Of a stretch of 49,115 bases of DNA, positions 10,374-19,948 are shown in pieces (positions within the stretch are counted from its first letter, which is position 1; each line of letters opens with the position of its first letter). Position numbers and translations under genes: made by a program. The notes under the pieces were generated by a model, which was not told where the DNA came from, did not search any database, and saw only the letters and a program-made list of their open reading frames with translations. The stretch is from contig JAPKEQ010000003.1 of NCBI GenBank assembly GCA_028821995.1, positions 1-49,115 on the forward strand. The letters run 5' to 3'. Source of the DNA: Alphaproteobacteria bacterium (GTDB taxonomy: Bacteria; Pseudomonadota; Alphaproteobacteria; UBA2136; JAPKEQ01).

Positions 10374-10400
10374 AAAAACAGCCCGCAAAGGGCTGTTTTT
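10374..10400 (-). terminator. Intrinsic terminator (ACAGCCC family)
   Basis: AAAAACAGCCCGCAAAGGGCTGTTTTT; AACCGA upstream on minus strand. Confidence 0.8.
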
Positions 10401-10413
10401 CTTTTCGGTTCTG

Positions 10414-10710
10414 TTAAAGAGAATCTTTCTCTTTACTCGCTGTGTTAAAGGCAAATTCGCCTATAAGCAAAGCCAAAACAATACCTGTCACAATGGCAAT
10501 CAAATCCCCCACAGGAGACAGCATTTCGCTATATCCAGCAGAAATCCATGAGGCAAATATAGCAAAGACAAGAAACGTGACAAATTTCCACACCCTTTGG
10601 GAGAGGAGTGGCATATCAGGGAAAAGGTTCAAGTACACCTTTTCCATGGTCAGGCCTGCAGCCAGCGTTGCCAAAAAAAAGGCCAAAGAAACAATAAAAA
10701 AGCTCAGCAT
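10414..10710 (-). CDS. Small orphan membrane protein
   Basis: Three TM segments; TATGGAG SD; pyrimidine leader. Confidence 0.65.
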   Translation of the reverse strand: MLSFFIVSLAFFLATLAAGLTMEKVYLNLFPDMPLLSQRVWKFVTFLVFAIFASWISAGYSEMLSPVGDLIAIVTGIVLALLIGEFAFNTASKEKDSL

Positions 10711-10791
10711 AGTGGATACTCCATACGCAAAAAAAGAACAGAAGATAAATGTGCGGTGTGCTTATCTCACAGAGACGCCTGACTCACAAGC

Positions 10792-10817
10792 AAAAACAGC
10801 CCCGAAGGGCTGTTTTT
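10792..10817 (-). terminator. Intrinsic terminator after pgpA
   Basis: AAAAACAGCCCCGAAGGGCTGTTTTT; TAATCGA at the pgpA stop. Confidence 0.85.
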
Positions 10818-10826
10818 ATAAATCGA

Positions 10827-11360
10827 TTAACCAAACATAAACCAAAGCACAGCTATAGCAAAAAGTGCGGCAACGCCGTCATCCAGCATCACGCCCCAAG
10901 GGCCTTCAAATTTGCTATCCATCCAGCTAATCGGCGGCGGCTTGACCATATCAAAAAAGCGAAACAGTACAAAGGCCAGTAGCCAGTGCCACGCTTCCCC
11001 AAGGCCAAAAAGCGGAAAAGTACATATGACCATAGCCATACCAAACACTTCATCAATCACCACGCTTTTGTGGTCGTGAGCGCCGGTGTGATCTTCCACC
11101 ACGCGGCAAGCCCATACGCCAACCACAAGGCTCAGCAGTGTAAATACTGCTAAAGTCCACACACCTAAAAAAGTGTAAATCAGCCAAATAAAAGGCAGGC
11201 TTGCCACAGTGCCAGCGGTGCCAGAAAGCGGCAAATGGCCTGAGCCAAACCAAGCGGCAATCCAAAACCCTTTATGGGGGTATGGGTACGGCAGCGGTGC
11301 CACTTTGTATTTTTTTTGTCTGTCTTTTACATTGAACAGACGATTGAGAGTTTTCTTCAT
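10827..11360 (-). CDS. pgpA: Phosphatidylglycerophosphatase A
   Basis: FGSG..SGTAGT, HD..VVIDEV.GM, FVLFRFFDMVKPPPI, GVMLDD. Confidence 0.93.
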   Translation of the reverse strand: MKKTLNRLFNVKDRQKKYKVAPLPYPYPHKGFWIAAWFGSGHLPLSGTAGTVASLPFIWLIYTFLGVWTLAVFTLLSLVVGVWACRVVEDHTGAHDHKSVVIDEVFGMAMVICTFPLFGLGEAWHWLLAFVLFRFFDMVKPPPISWMDSKFEGPWGVMLDDGVAALFAIAVLWFMFG

Positions 11361-11497
11361 GGGTATCCCAACTTAATAAAAGGACAATAGATTAAGGTTA
11401 CACATCGTATACATGACTGATTAATATATAGTCAATTAAAAAGGCTGTTTATACATCTCTGATTGATTTTTCCCCCTCTTTCTCCCATGATACGGCC

Positions 11498-11959
11498 ATG
11501 AAAAATAATAACGATTTACAAAGCATTCATATCTATACAGATGGCGCATGCAGCGGCAACCCAGGCCCAGGCGGTTGGGGCGCATACATGCTATTTAATG
11601 GCCATGAAAGAGAAATGAGCGGCCACGAAGAGCACACCACAAATAACCGCATGGAACTCACTGCTGTTATTGAGGCTCTTAACGCACTAAAAAAACCATG
11701 TCACGTGACCATCTTTACGGATTCAACTTATGTGCTAAAAGGCGCAACAGAGTGGATGGAAGGCTGGAAAAAGCGCCAATGGAAAAATGCGGCTAAAAAA
11801 CCCGTTGAGAACCGCGACCTATGGGAAATGTTAGACGAAGCACTGCAACGTCACACTATGGATTGGGAGTGGGTAAAAGGCCATGCAGGCAACCCCGGCA
11901 ACGAAAAAGCTGACACACTTGCGACCGAAGCCATAAAGAAACGTACAGAAGAGGATTAG
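11498..11959 (+). CDS. rnhA: Ribonuclease HI
   Basis: YTDGACSGNPGPGGWG, TTNNRMEL, TDSTY, WVKGHAG..GNEKAD. Confidence 0.97.
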   Translation: MKNNNDLQSIHIYTDGACSGNPGPGGWGAYMLFNGHEREMSGHEEHTTNNRMELTAVIEALNALKKPCHVTIFTDSTYVLKGATEWMEGWKKRQWKNAAKKPVENRDLWEMLDEALQRHTMDWEWVKGHAGNPGNEKADTLATEAIKKRTEED

Positions 11960-12031
11960 CCTTTTTTTACTTAAGGTGTAGGGGTACACTTTTGCTAAGG
12001 GAGCAAAAATAATAACGTTAGGGATAGACCA

Positions 12032-12613
12032 ATGCTAGATACAGCACACAGCAAATCTGGAATCGTGACTAATTTTACAGGTTACTTACTTCTGGCAACA
12101 GATGCGCTTAAATATTCCTACTTTGAAAAATCCGTTATTTTTATTTGCTCGCACAGCGACGAAGGCGCGATGGGACTTGTTATTAACTCCCCTCTTCCAA
12201 GTACAAATTTTGAAAATCTCACAGAAGATCTTGGCATTAACGCAGAGCTTGCGGCATCACCTGTAGTTCTTGGCGGCGGCCCCGTTGAGCCCAACCGCGG
12301 CTTTGTGTTGCATAGCGGAGACTACATGCACAAGCTTACGGTTCCTGTAACAGAAGAAATTTTTCTCAGCGCGACAACAGATGTTATTGAAGCCACCGCA
12401 AAAGGTATAGGACCAAAAGCACAAAACCTTTGCCTAGGCTATAGCGGCTGGGATGCAGGCCAACTTGAATCTGAAATTGCAGAAGATAGCTGGCAAGTGA
12501 TTCCTGCAAGCCGCGGCATCTTGTTTGAAACACCTGTTGATCACCGCTATGACGCAGCCATGGCCTCTATTGGATTAACTGGTGCTACCATGATGACAAG
12601 CGCCTGGGCTTAG
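12032..12613 (+). CDS. YqgE/AlgH family protein
   Basis: SVIFICSH..GAMGLVIN, GGPVEPNRGFVLHS, LGYSGW.AGQLESEI. Confidence 0.92.
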   Translation: MLDTAHSKSGIVTNFTGYLLLATDALKYSYFEKSVIFICSHSDEGAMGLVINSPLPSTNFENLTEDLGINAELAASPVVLGGGPVEPNRGFVLHSGDYMHKLTVPVTEEIFLSATTDVIEATAKGIGPKAQNLCLGYSGWDAGQLESEIAEDSWQVIPASRGILFETPVDHRYDAAMASIGLTGATMMTSAWA

Positions 12614-12722
12614 GGCAAATTACTTCAAAGGGCTTTTGCACCTCACTTGTAAAGTCGTCTCACTGCCCCCATACCATATATACAACTGAATAAATCTCTC
12701 TCACCATTTCATGGAGGCAGAA

Positions 12723-13268
12723 ATGCTAAAACATGCTCTTGTGCTTATCTGCACTTTGCTGTTGCCGACCCTTGCGTTCGCAGCAAACACAACTGAAGAA
12801 ACTGCCAAAACTGAAGAATGCCTTGAATATCATGGGGACATCTTGAACGGGATGCTGAACATGACGCCGGCACTCTTTTTTGGCCTAGATGGCGATCATA
12901 GCAATGATACGCCCTCAAACTCCCAAAACCTTGATAACCTCGCTTCTGCGATCACAAAGGCTCAGAACAAAGATTGCGCATCTGAAGCTTTGGCAAAGAA
13001 TATGGCCATGCTGATTTCCAGCGCAGACGTAGAAAAAGCGGCTGGGTATATCTTCTATGGCATTCATGCTGACACAACCAACGAAGAGGCCATTTGCAAA
13101 ATTGCAAGCCACGAAATTGCTGCGCTTAAAAGCAAAGCACCCAAGCGCTACAGAAGCAGCCTTGATGAGGTTTCCAGCTCTTGGTATATGGCAATTGAAG
13201 TCCGCAAAGCTATCATTGATTTGGATTTTTGCCTTGAACCTATCGCCACATCTTTTGTTGGTGAATAA
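12723..13268 (+). CDS. Orphan secreted protein
   Basis: TGGAGG SD; signal peptide ending AFA; terminator 13279-13303. Confidence 0.7.
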   Translation: MLKHALVLICTLLLPTLAFAANTTEETAKTEECLEYHGDILNGMLNMTPALFFGLDGDHSNDTPSNSQNLDNLASAITKAQNKDCASEALAKNMAMLISSADVEKAAGYIFYGIHADTTNEEAICKIASHEIAALKSKAPKRYRSSLDEVSSSWYMAIEVRKAIIDLDFCLEPIATSFVGE

Positions 13269-13307
13269 ACGATTTTGAGACAGTCCTTCACAGGGCTGTT
13301 TCTATTT

Positions 13308-13625
13308 TTAAGGCATTGGCGAAAGAGCAGGCTCGCCTTCTTCTGACATAATAATATAATAGCCATCAGCGCTTTCTTCTGGCTCTTCCACATGCTGGAA
13401 CACCGTAAACTGCTTTGCACGCAACATCACGCCTGGCTCTTTATTATAAAGCAGCCAGCCAACGTAAGTCAGCCCAGCAACAAGCAAAGCAATGACCGCA
13501 AGAAGTCCCATAATAATTCTAGATTTATGACGATGATATAAATAGACAATACGCTTAAAGCGATGCGGCGTCCCGTCTTTTTGTATGCGCTCTGTAAGCT
13601 TTAATTTGCGCTCTACTGTTGCCAT
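13308..13625 (-). CDS. Hypothetical single-TM protein
   Basis: Basic N-terminus, one TM, acidic C-terminus. Confidence 0.55.
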   Translation of the reverse strand: MATVERKLKLTERIQKDGTPHRFKRIVYLYHRHKSRIIMGLLAVIALLVAGLTYVGWLLYNKEPGVMLRAKQFTVFQHVEEPEESADGYYIIMSEEGEPALSPMP

Positions 13626-13793
13626 AAATGTCCCTACATTCCCTTTTGTCTGACAATTTAACCATATGCGAAATACATCCATCTACCAAAACAATTTCTT
13701 AAAATTTGACAAAAACAAATCGCATATGTATACAGAAGGAATATAAATACCCACCTCTTCCCTTTTCCTTCCGAGACATAAGGAGTCCAAACT

Positions 13794-14510
13794 TTGGACC
13801 TCGAAGAATTTCAAAAACATCTCGGGTACACATTCCGAGATGTTTCTCTCCTTAAAACGGCGCTATCACGTGGTGATTCGCATGAATCCCCCCTGGCTGG
13901 CTCTCTTGAACATATTGGGGATGCTGTTGTCTCCCTTGTTGTAAGAGACCTTCTATCCAGGCTGTATGGGGATAAGAAAATTTACAAATATTCTCAACTT
14001 GTTAGCAATCACAACATGAGTATGGTTGCTCGCAAAATCCCACTGCAAAAAGCATCTAAACAGTACTCAAACTATCGCTATCATCTTTCGAAAAAGAGTA
14101 TTGCAAACTTGCTTGAGGCCCTCATTGGGGCCATTTTTCAAGATGGTGGTTTTGAACCTGCACGAGACTTTATTTGGGAGGTTTTCCCTTTCCAAGCCAT
14201 TCTTGTGCATGATTTTACCCCTCCTGAAATTAAGAGCAATAAAGAAGCTGAAAAAAGACTGCGTGAATTCCAATTTGCAAAGTTTCTCATCAAAGAAGCT
14301 TATGAAGCCACTCCTTTTCAAGCCTCAATGGACTATCATATTGAGCGCATTCAACAAAAAGACGTCAATGCATCCCATGCACTTCTTCTCTTTGAAATTG
14401 ATATGGCTCACAAATGGGACAAGTTCTTCATGCCCAATACCCTCATTGGCAAACTGCATAAAGAGCAAGGCCGGCTTCCGCTACTTGAACACAACGCAGC
14501 GTCTCTGTAA
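13794..14510 (+). CDS. RNase III catalytic-domain protein without recognisable dsRBD
   Basis: LGYTFRD.SLL..AL, LEHIGDAV, LVSN, ANLLEALIGAIFQDGG; TTG start with AAGGAG. Confidence 0.8.
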   Translation: MDLEEFQKHLGYTFRDVSLLKTALSRGDSHESPLAGSLEHIGDAVVSLVVRDLLSRLYGDKKIYKYSQLVSNHNMSMVARKIPLQKASKQYSNYRYHLSKKSIANLLEALIGAIFQDGGFEPARDFIWEVFPFQAILVHDFTPPEIKSNKEAEKRLREFQFAKFLIKEAYEATPFQASMDYHIERIQQKDVNASHALLLFEIDMAHKWDKFFMPNTLIGKLHKEQGRLPLLEHNAASL

Positions 14511-14604
14511 CCATCCTTAATATAAGAACCGGAAGTGCTTATATATAAGGTAATACATTAAACTTCCGTACCTTCCCCCCTCTTGCCCCAAAGGAGTATT
14601 TCCC

Positions 14605-15075
14605 ATGGCAAAATCCACAGTCGTCACATTTGTGATGTTCAATACTGCAGGCCAGTTGATGATGCAGGTCCGCAACCACATGAGCGCCGAAGGCAAAGCC
14701 ATCGGCAGCCCCGGCAAGCTCAGCCTGTTCGGCGCGCGCCATGATGGCGGCGCTGTTGATGTGCCTGCCGTGGTTTCACAGGAACTTGGTATCAATGTGA
14801 CTGCCGCAGATATCCAGTTTGTCGGTCACGTGCTTGATGACACCGTCAAAGGCCGTGTCAATCTGGTACACAAGATCACCGTCCCCTATGACAGTGCTCT
14901 GGTGGAACAAAACCCCGCTGGCAAAGACCTCATGGAAAAATTGGCCGCTGCCCAAGGCATGGGCGTTGTTGCCGTTGGCAAGGCCGACCTTGCCGCCGCG
15001 ATTGAAGCTGGTGATGTCAGCGAAATCAGCGTACAGATCATGAAAGAGCACCGCGGCCTGAAACCCAAAGTGTAA
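14605..15075 (+). CDS. Nudix-fold-like protein with degenerate Nudix box
   Basis: FNTAGQLMMQVR..PGKLSLFG..QELGI pattern; AAGGAG SD; terminator 15088-15117. Confidence 0.55.
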   Translation: MAKSTVVTFVMFNTAGQLMMQVRNHMSAEGKAIGSPGKLSLFGARHDGGAVDVPAVVSQELGINVTAADIQFVGHVLDDTVKGRVNLVHKITVPYDSALVEQNPAGKDLMEKLAAAQGMGVVAVGKADLAAAIEAGDVSEISVQIMKEHRGLKPKV

Positions 15076-15218
15076 AGCGAAACTGAAGCAAGCTCCCGTT
15101 AGGGGGCTTGTTTTTTTGCGCCTTAATGCCTATATATTGAGTAACACTTAACTCTCGCGCCGTTTTATACACAAGGCATTCAACCTTGAACAACGCGCCT
15201 TCTCTTAAAGGAAAACCC

Positions 15219-15692
15219 ATGAAGAAAATTCTTTTTTCCCTCCTGCTTGCAGCTCTTCCTGTTTCGGCATTTGCCGAGCAAGATTGGTGTGCAGATGTGC
15301 GCGAAACAGTTTCAAACTTAGACTTTCCCATTCATGTGGGAGAGCAAGAAAGCCCAATGCTCTATGGCGGTGCAATCATGGATTTGTTGCCAAGTTGTGA
15401 CATTTCCAAAACCATCAAAGTTCTGGTAGATGGTCATGAAGAAGCCATCATTGCCGAAGCGCGCCAGATCTACAAAGAGTATCGCGTAAATTACGTCCAC
15501 GTATGGCCAGAAACTCAAAAGGATTACTTTTGGGTGGCTATGAAAAGCGCAGAACTCCGATGGGAGCAAGCTGTTTACTTCAGCAACTGGCAAAGCAATA
15601 ATGCAGAAGCAAATCGCGATGCTGGTGTACATTTCAAGGAGCTCAAGCGCCTGCTTGATACACTTGAAGCGCTATACAACAAACAGCAATAA
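15219..15692 (+). CDS. Orphan secreted protein
   Basis: Signal peptide MKKILF..SAFA; TAATCGA plus terminator 15702-15733. Confidence 0.7.
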   Translation: MKKILFSLLLAALPVSAFAEQDWCADVRETVSNLDFPIHVGEQESPMLYGGAIMDLLPSCDISKTIKVLVDGHEEAIIAEARQIYKEYRVNYVHVWPETQKDYFWVAMKSAELRWEQAVYFSNWQSNNAEANRDAGVHFKELKRLLDTLEALYNKQQ

Positions 15693-15749
15693 TCGATAAA
15701 CAACAGCCCTCATTTTGAGGGCTGTTTGTTTTTGCATTAAAGGTACTTC

Positions 15750-15894
15750 TCATAAATAAGTAAGATAAACTCTCGTACCTTTTTTTACAGAGGCTCTTGC
15801 CTCTGCTATTGGTGCGTTTTCTTTTACCTGAGCAACTCTGCTCATAACCTTAGGGAGCCGCATCTAAACAGTGCGGTAAAACGATATGAAAACT
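15750..15894 (+). promoter_or_regulatory. Structured 5' leader, copy 1
   Basis: Near-duplicate of 16385-16527; three hairpins. Confidence 0.65.
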
Positions 15895-16320
15895 CTTCAA
15901 ACTCTTGCTGCCACTGCAACCATTTACTTGGTCATTGGTGCCGCCCTCTTTTTTGCCCCAGTTTGGGCAAAAGAAGGACTTTGGTTCACAGGCATGTGCC
16001 TAACCACCTTCCTTCTTGCCTTCATGGTCATTCTCCATGAAAACACTGAAGGGATTGCGCCAGTCCTTGGTGCAACGTTTCTGCTGACCGCCAATCTGCC
16101 CATGAGCTTTATGGGCGGCTGGGATATCAACCTGAATGAAGCGATGAGCGTTATGCTTGTATGCTTTTTGCTTTCTGGTGGGCTGTTTGTAGCCTTCATG
16201 CATCAAATGGCTTTCAAGCTGATGCATGGCTTTGATCCTTTCTGCGCGACTGATTGTCGCCGAGAAAAATGCCGAGCACGCCGAGCACGCCGCGTCAACC
16301 GTCGTGCAATTTACGGTTAA
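15886..16320 (+). CDS. Orphan 4-TM membrane protein with basic Cys-containing tail
   Basis: Hydrophobic segments; TAATCGA plus terminator 16340-16368. Confidence 0.7.
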   Translation: MKTLQTLAATATIYLVIGAALFFAPVWAKEGLWFTGMCLTTFLLAFMVILHENTEGIAPVLGATFLLTANLPMSFMGGWDINLNEAMSVMLVCFLLSGGLFVAFMHQMAFKLMHGFDPFCATDCRREKCRARRARRVNRRAIYG

Positions 16321-16384
16321 TCGATATATGAAAATAAGCAACGCCCCCACCTTGGGGGCGTTTGTTTTCTATTTATGATTCTCT

Positions 16385-16527
16385 ACATAAATAAAGGACT
16401 ACACTATGTGTACCTTTTTTACAGAGGCTCTTGCCTTTGCTATTGGTGCACTTTCTTTGAACCTGAGCATTTCGCTCATAACCCTAGGGAACCGCACCTA
16501 AGCAGTGCGGTAGAACATATGAAAACT
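16385..16527 (+). promoter_or_regulatory. Structured 5' leader, copy 2
   Basis: Near-duplicate of 15750-15894, both running into ATGAAAACT. Confidence 0.65.
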
Positions 16528-16587
16528 ATTCTTTATACCTGCGGCTGTCTTGGCCTTGTTATAGCTGTCAGCATCTTTTTCTTTTAA
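16519..16587 (+). CDS. Candidate 22-aa hydrophobic peptide (MKTILYTCGCLGLVIAVSIFFF)
   Basis: Same leader and start as the 15886 gene; AACCGA plus terminator 16608-16635. Confidence 0.45.
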   Translation: MKTILYTCGCLGLVIAVSIFFF

Positions 16588-16655
16588 AGGGTGCTAGCCT
16601 CAACCGAAAAGAGCCCCTATGTTAAGGGGCTCTTTACTTTTTTACATCAACAGCT

Positions 16656-18818
16656 TTACAGCTTAACAGCTTCGCCTGTTTTAAGGCTTTCAGCTGCTGC
16701 CAGCACCACGCGAGAGCTATGCAGGAAATCATCTAGCGTAACAGACATTGGATTGTCGCCTTTTACAGCATCAACAAAGGCGCGTAGTTCTGCGCCGTGG
16801 CCTTTGTCTTGCCCGCCAGTTAGCAGGCCTTTAATCCAGTTACAAGCACGCACTTTACGTGTTTTACCGCCTTTAATCACAAAGCCTTTTCTAAAGTTAT
16901 CAATTACACCAACCATACCGCCGCCGTACATTTCAATACGTTCTTTGCTAAAGCGTGTATCACCTTCACTTGTGTAAACAACTGTTGCTGTGCTGCCGTC
17001 TGTAAAGGTCATCACAATGGTGTAGTTATCCTGCCCTGCCCCGCGTGTGGTATGAACTGTTTCTACGTCATGGCCAACAAGACCAACAGCAAGGTCGGTA
17101 AAGTGGCAAACTTCGCCAAGTAAGCGGCCACCACCAATTGAGCTATCATGCTGCCAGTTATCACCCGGAATAAAGCCAGCATTTACACGTACAATCACTT
17201 GTTTAGGGCCTGTAACAGGGCTAAATGTATCTGTTAGCGCCTCTGTAAACGGAGAGAAGCGTCGGTTAAAGCCAACCATAAGCACTTTACCGCTTTCGCG
17301 CGCTGCGCTTTCAACAGTGTCCAGCTGCTCTGATGTAAGAGCCAGCGGCTTTTCAACAATCACATGCTTACCAGCTTTAAGAGACTCCGTTACAAGCTGT
17401 GCGTGGCTATCATGGCGCGTTGCGATAAATACGGCTTGTGTTTCACTATCGCCCATTACATCTTCTGTTTTGCTGGTGGCGTAACCAAAACCAAAACGCT
17501 TGCCTGCCGCTTGCGCGCTAAGCCCGCCTTTAGAAATAATACCTGTGAGGCTTACGTCTTTCATTTTTTTCATTTTTGGAATCATCACGCCGCGTGCAAA
17601 CGCCCCTGCGCCAATCACACCAAAACCAATTGTATCTGTGCCAGTAGCTGTTGGCTGAAGCGTAATTTTGGATGTTTCGCGTGCGCTATCACTGCGGCCA
17701 TAAGTCAGGACCACTCCCAGCTGAGGCACAGCTTTGTTTACAACAACGCCGTAAGCTTCTTCAGCTTCTTCAATGGGGTAAGTATGGCTCATGAGTGGTG
17801 CGATTTTAAGATCGCCTGTTTCCATGAGACGAATCGCTTCTGCAAGGTTTTCGCGCTCTGTCCAACGTACGTAACCAATTGGGTAATCTTGCCCTTTTTG
17901 CTCGTAGTTTGAATCATAACGGCCAGGCCCGTAAGAACGAGATACAACAAAATTAAGCTCTTTTTGCATAAAGTCTCTATGCGGTAGCGTTGTGCCTGTC
18001 TTACCAATAAGTACAATATCCGCGCGGTCACGTGCCCAAGTCGCTGCTTGCTCAATTGGGCGAGAGCTATCAGTTGCAGCGCAAATAAGAACCTTGTCAA
18101 AGCCTTTGCCTTTTGTGAAGCTTGAAACTTTATCATCAAGGTTCCCATCTTCTAGGCTATGGGCTGCCTTAATGCCGCACTCTTTAGCAATATCAATACG
18201 GCCTTTATCGTAATCCACTGCAAATACTTTAGCGCCAGATGCGCGTGCAATTTGCGCGGCAAGTTGGCCAACAAGGCCAAGACCCATAACTAAAATTGTA
18301 TCGCCAAGTTGAGGCTTTGCGCTTCTAAAGCCGTGCATTGCAATAGATGTAAGCGTTGCAAATGAGGCATGCTCAAAGCTTACGCTTTCAGGCACAGGTA
18401 CCATCAAATTTTTAGGAATGGCGTTAATTTCCGCATGGTTTGCAAGGCCTGCACCTGCAACGGCAACGCGGTCGCCTTCTTTGTAAAGGTGTTTCATATC
18501 TTCGCTAACAGCAATAACGCGGCCTGCAGCGCTATAGCCAAGCGGAAGCGGCTGCTCAAGCTGTGCGTACACAGCATTCATAGTGCTAAACAAGCCGTCA
18601 CGTTGAAGTTTATCAACCACTTTACCCACAAGGTCTGGACGCTCTTTCGCTTTACCAAGTGCGCTTTTGTTTGCAAAATCGATCAGCATTTTTTCTGTCC
18701 CTGCACTAATGAGTGAGGCTTCAGTTGCCACAAGAACTTCACCGCGGCCGAGCGTTGGCGGGGGTACATCTGAAAGTTCTGTTTTACCACTGCGTATTTG
18801 CTGAACAACTTGCTTCAT
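16656..18818 (-). CDS. Bi-domain oxidoreductase (MDR/ADH-like plus Gfo/Idh/MocA), polysaccharide biosynthesis
   Basis: SLISAGTE, LGYSAAG, GLGLVG, SRSYGPGRYD, EKPLA, VGFNRRFSP, QDKGH. Confidence 0.9.
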   Translation of the reverse strand: MKQVVQQIRSGKTELSDVPPPTLGRGEVLVATEASLISAGTEKMLIDFANKSALGKAKERPDLVGKVVDKLQRDGLFSTMNAVYAQLEQPLPLGYSAAGRVIAVSEDMKHLYKEGDRVAVAGAGLANHAEINAIPKNLMVPVPESVSFEHASFATLTSIAMHGFRSAKPQLGDTILVMGLGLVGQLAAQIARASGAKVFAVDYDKGRIDIAKECGIKAAHSLEDGNLDDKVSSFTKGKGFDKVLICAATDSSRPIEQAATWARDRADIVLIGKTGTTLPHRDFMQKELNFVVSRSYGPGRYDSNYEQKGQDYPIGYVRWTERENLAEAIRLMETGDLKIAPLMSHTYPIEEAEEAYGVVVNKAVPQLGVVLTYGRSDSARETSKITLQPTATGTDTIGFGVIGAGAFARGVMIPKMKKMKDVSLTGIISKGGLSAQAAGKRFGFGYATSKTEDVMGDSETQAVFIATRHDSHAQLVTESLKAGKHVIVEKPLALTSEQLDTVESAARESGKVLMVGFNRRFSPFTEALTDTFSPVTGPKQVIVRVNAGFIPGDNWQHDSSIGGGRLLGEVCHFTDLAVGLVGHDVETVHTTRGAGQDNYTIVMTFTDGSTATVVYTSEGDTRFSKERIEMYGGGMVGVIDNFRKGFVIKGGKTRKVRACNWIKGLLTGGQDKGHGAELRAFVDAVKGDNPMSVTLDDFLHSSRVVLAAAESLKTGEAVKL

Positions 18819-18975
18819 GAGACTTAAAATTCCTTAATATTTAAACACGCCACATATTTGCAAAAATAGCTGAATTTGTCGAGGGATAAGTTTAGGTTTG
18901 ACCATGTATACATGATGGTGATACTTTCCGGCTAAACACCTATCTTCTCTTTCTCTTTTTCCAAGGATATCATCC

Positions 18976-19524
18976 ATGACAATTAACTTCCACACCAATG
19001 CCTTTGGCATAGACGTTACGTCTTCCGAAACGCGTGAGGAAGCACTGGCCAAAATTTTACGCCGAAAAATTTTAGTTCTCTATAACGATCAGCTTGGTGG
19101 CGATGCGCCGATCAAGCGTCTGACTGGTTCATCCGCTGAAATTCAAAGTGAGTTTGCCAAAATGCTGGCAGAGGCCGAAGTGACTTTGCAAGACGTTGAA
19201 GATGCCATTGTAGAAAAATTCTCTGAAGTTCTTGCTCATATTGAAGCCAGGGCGTTTATAATTGCAGCCAATTTTGCAAAAGACAACGCCCCAAAGCAGG
19301 GCGCCGCCACAGCCATTTACGGATTCATTCCCATTGGTAAATCGCGCAACACTTACCTTTTGAAGCGAGCGCCGGGGTTTCAAGCACTGGCTGATCGCAT
19401 CAATGCGCAGCACGGGGCACAGGGCGTCAAAGCGGAAATTCGTATCTATGAGCGCTCTATCCCTGACGGCAGAACCAAGCTAGATGAAGAAGTGTGCTTT
19501 GTGATTAGTACATCACCTGCTTAA
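18976..19524 (+). CDS. Orphan protein
   Basis: Pyrimidine leader with AAGGA; AAGCGA plus terminator 19539-19563. Confidence 0.65.
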   Translation: MTINFHTNAFGIDVTSSETREEALAKILRRKILVLYNDQLGGDAPIKRLTGSSAEIQSEFAKMLAEAEVTLQDVEDAIVEKFSEVLAHIEARAFIIAANFAKDNAPKQGAATAIYGFIPIGKSRNTYLLKRAPGFQALADRINAQHGAQGVKAEIRIYERSIPDGRTKLDEEVCFVISTSPA

Positions 19525-19564
19525 AAAAGCGAAAAAGCAAAGCCCCCAGGTTGGGGGCTTTTTG

Positions 19565-19948
19565 TTATGCGGTATATCCAAGCACTCTGGCTCTAAAATC
19601 TGCCGGAATATTTTCTCGCTTTGTGCAAGGTACAAGTACAGTATGAAAATATTTATGAGCTTCTTCTATATGCTCTTCACTGTCTGTATCAAGCAGCGCC
19701 ATAAAAGCTGGCGTAAAATGGCCTTTGGCTGCAAGCTTAAAACTATCTGCTTTGGCTGCTATATCATCTGAACGGCTCAGCTTACAAATCATATCTACGC
19801 CTTCAGGTGCATCTCCTGCTTCCCATAAAAAAATGTCGCCTCCAACGTTGAGCCTGCCGCTTCGGCCTGCAAAAAGTTCAGCCAGCGTAATACCGCCTGT
19901 TTTGGGGGATAGTTTAATTTGGACGCCGTTACGTTGGCTCATGCCCAT
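19565..19948 (-). CDS. Hypothetical protein overlapping the wecC end
   Basis: 127 aa ORF directly downstream of wecC. Confidence 0.5.
   Translation of the reverse strand: MGMSQRNGVQIKLSPKTGGITLAELFAGRSGRLNVGGDIFLWEAGDAPEGVDMICKLSRSDDIAAKADSFKLAAKGHFTPAFMALLDTDSEEHIEEAHKYFHTVLVPCTKRENIPADFRARVLGYTA

Noticed and set aside
9981-10817. CRISPR array from repeated 26-nt palindromes
   Set aside because: Spacing is about 400 nt with ORFs in between, and there are no cas genes
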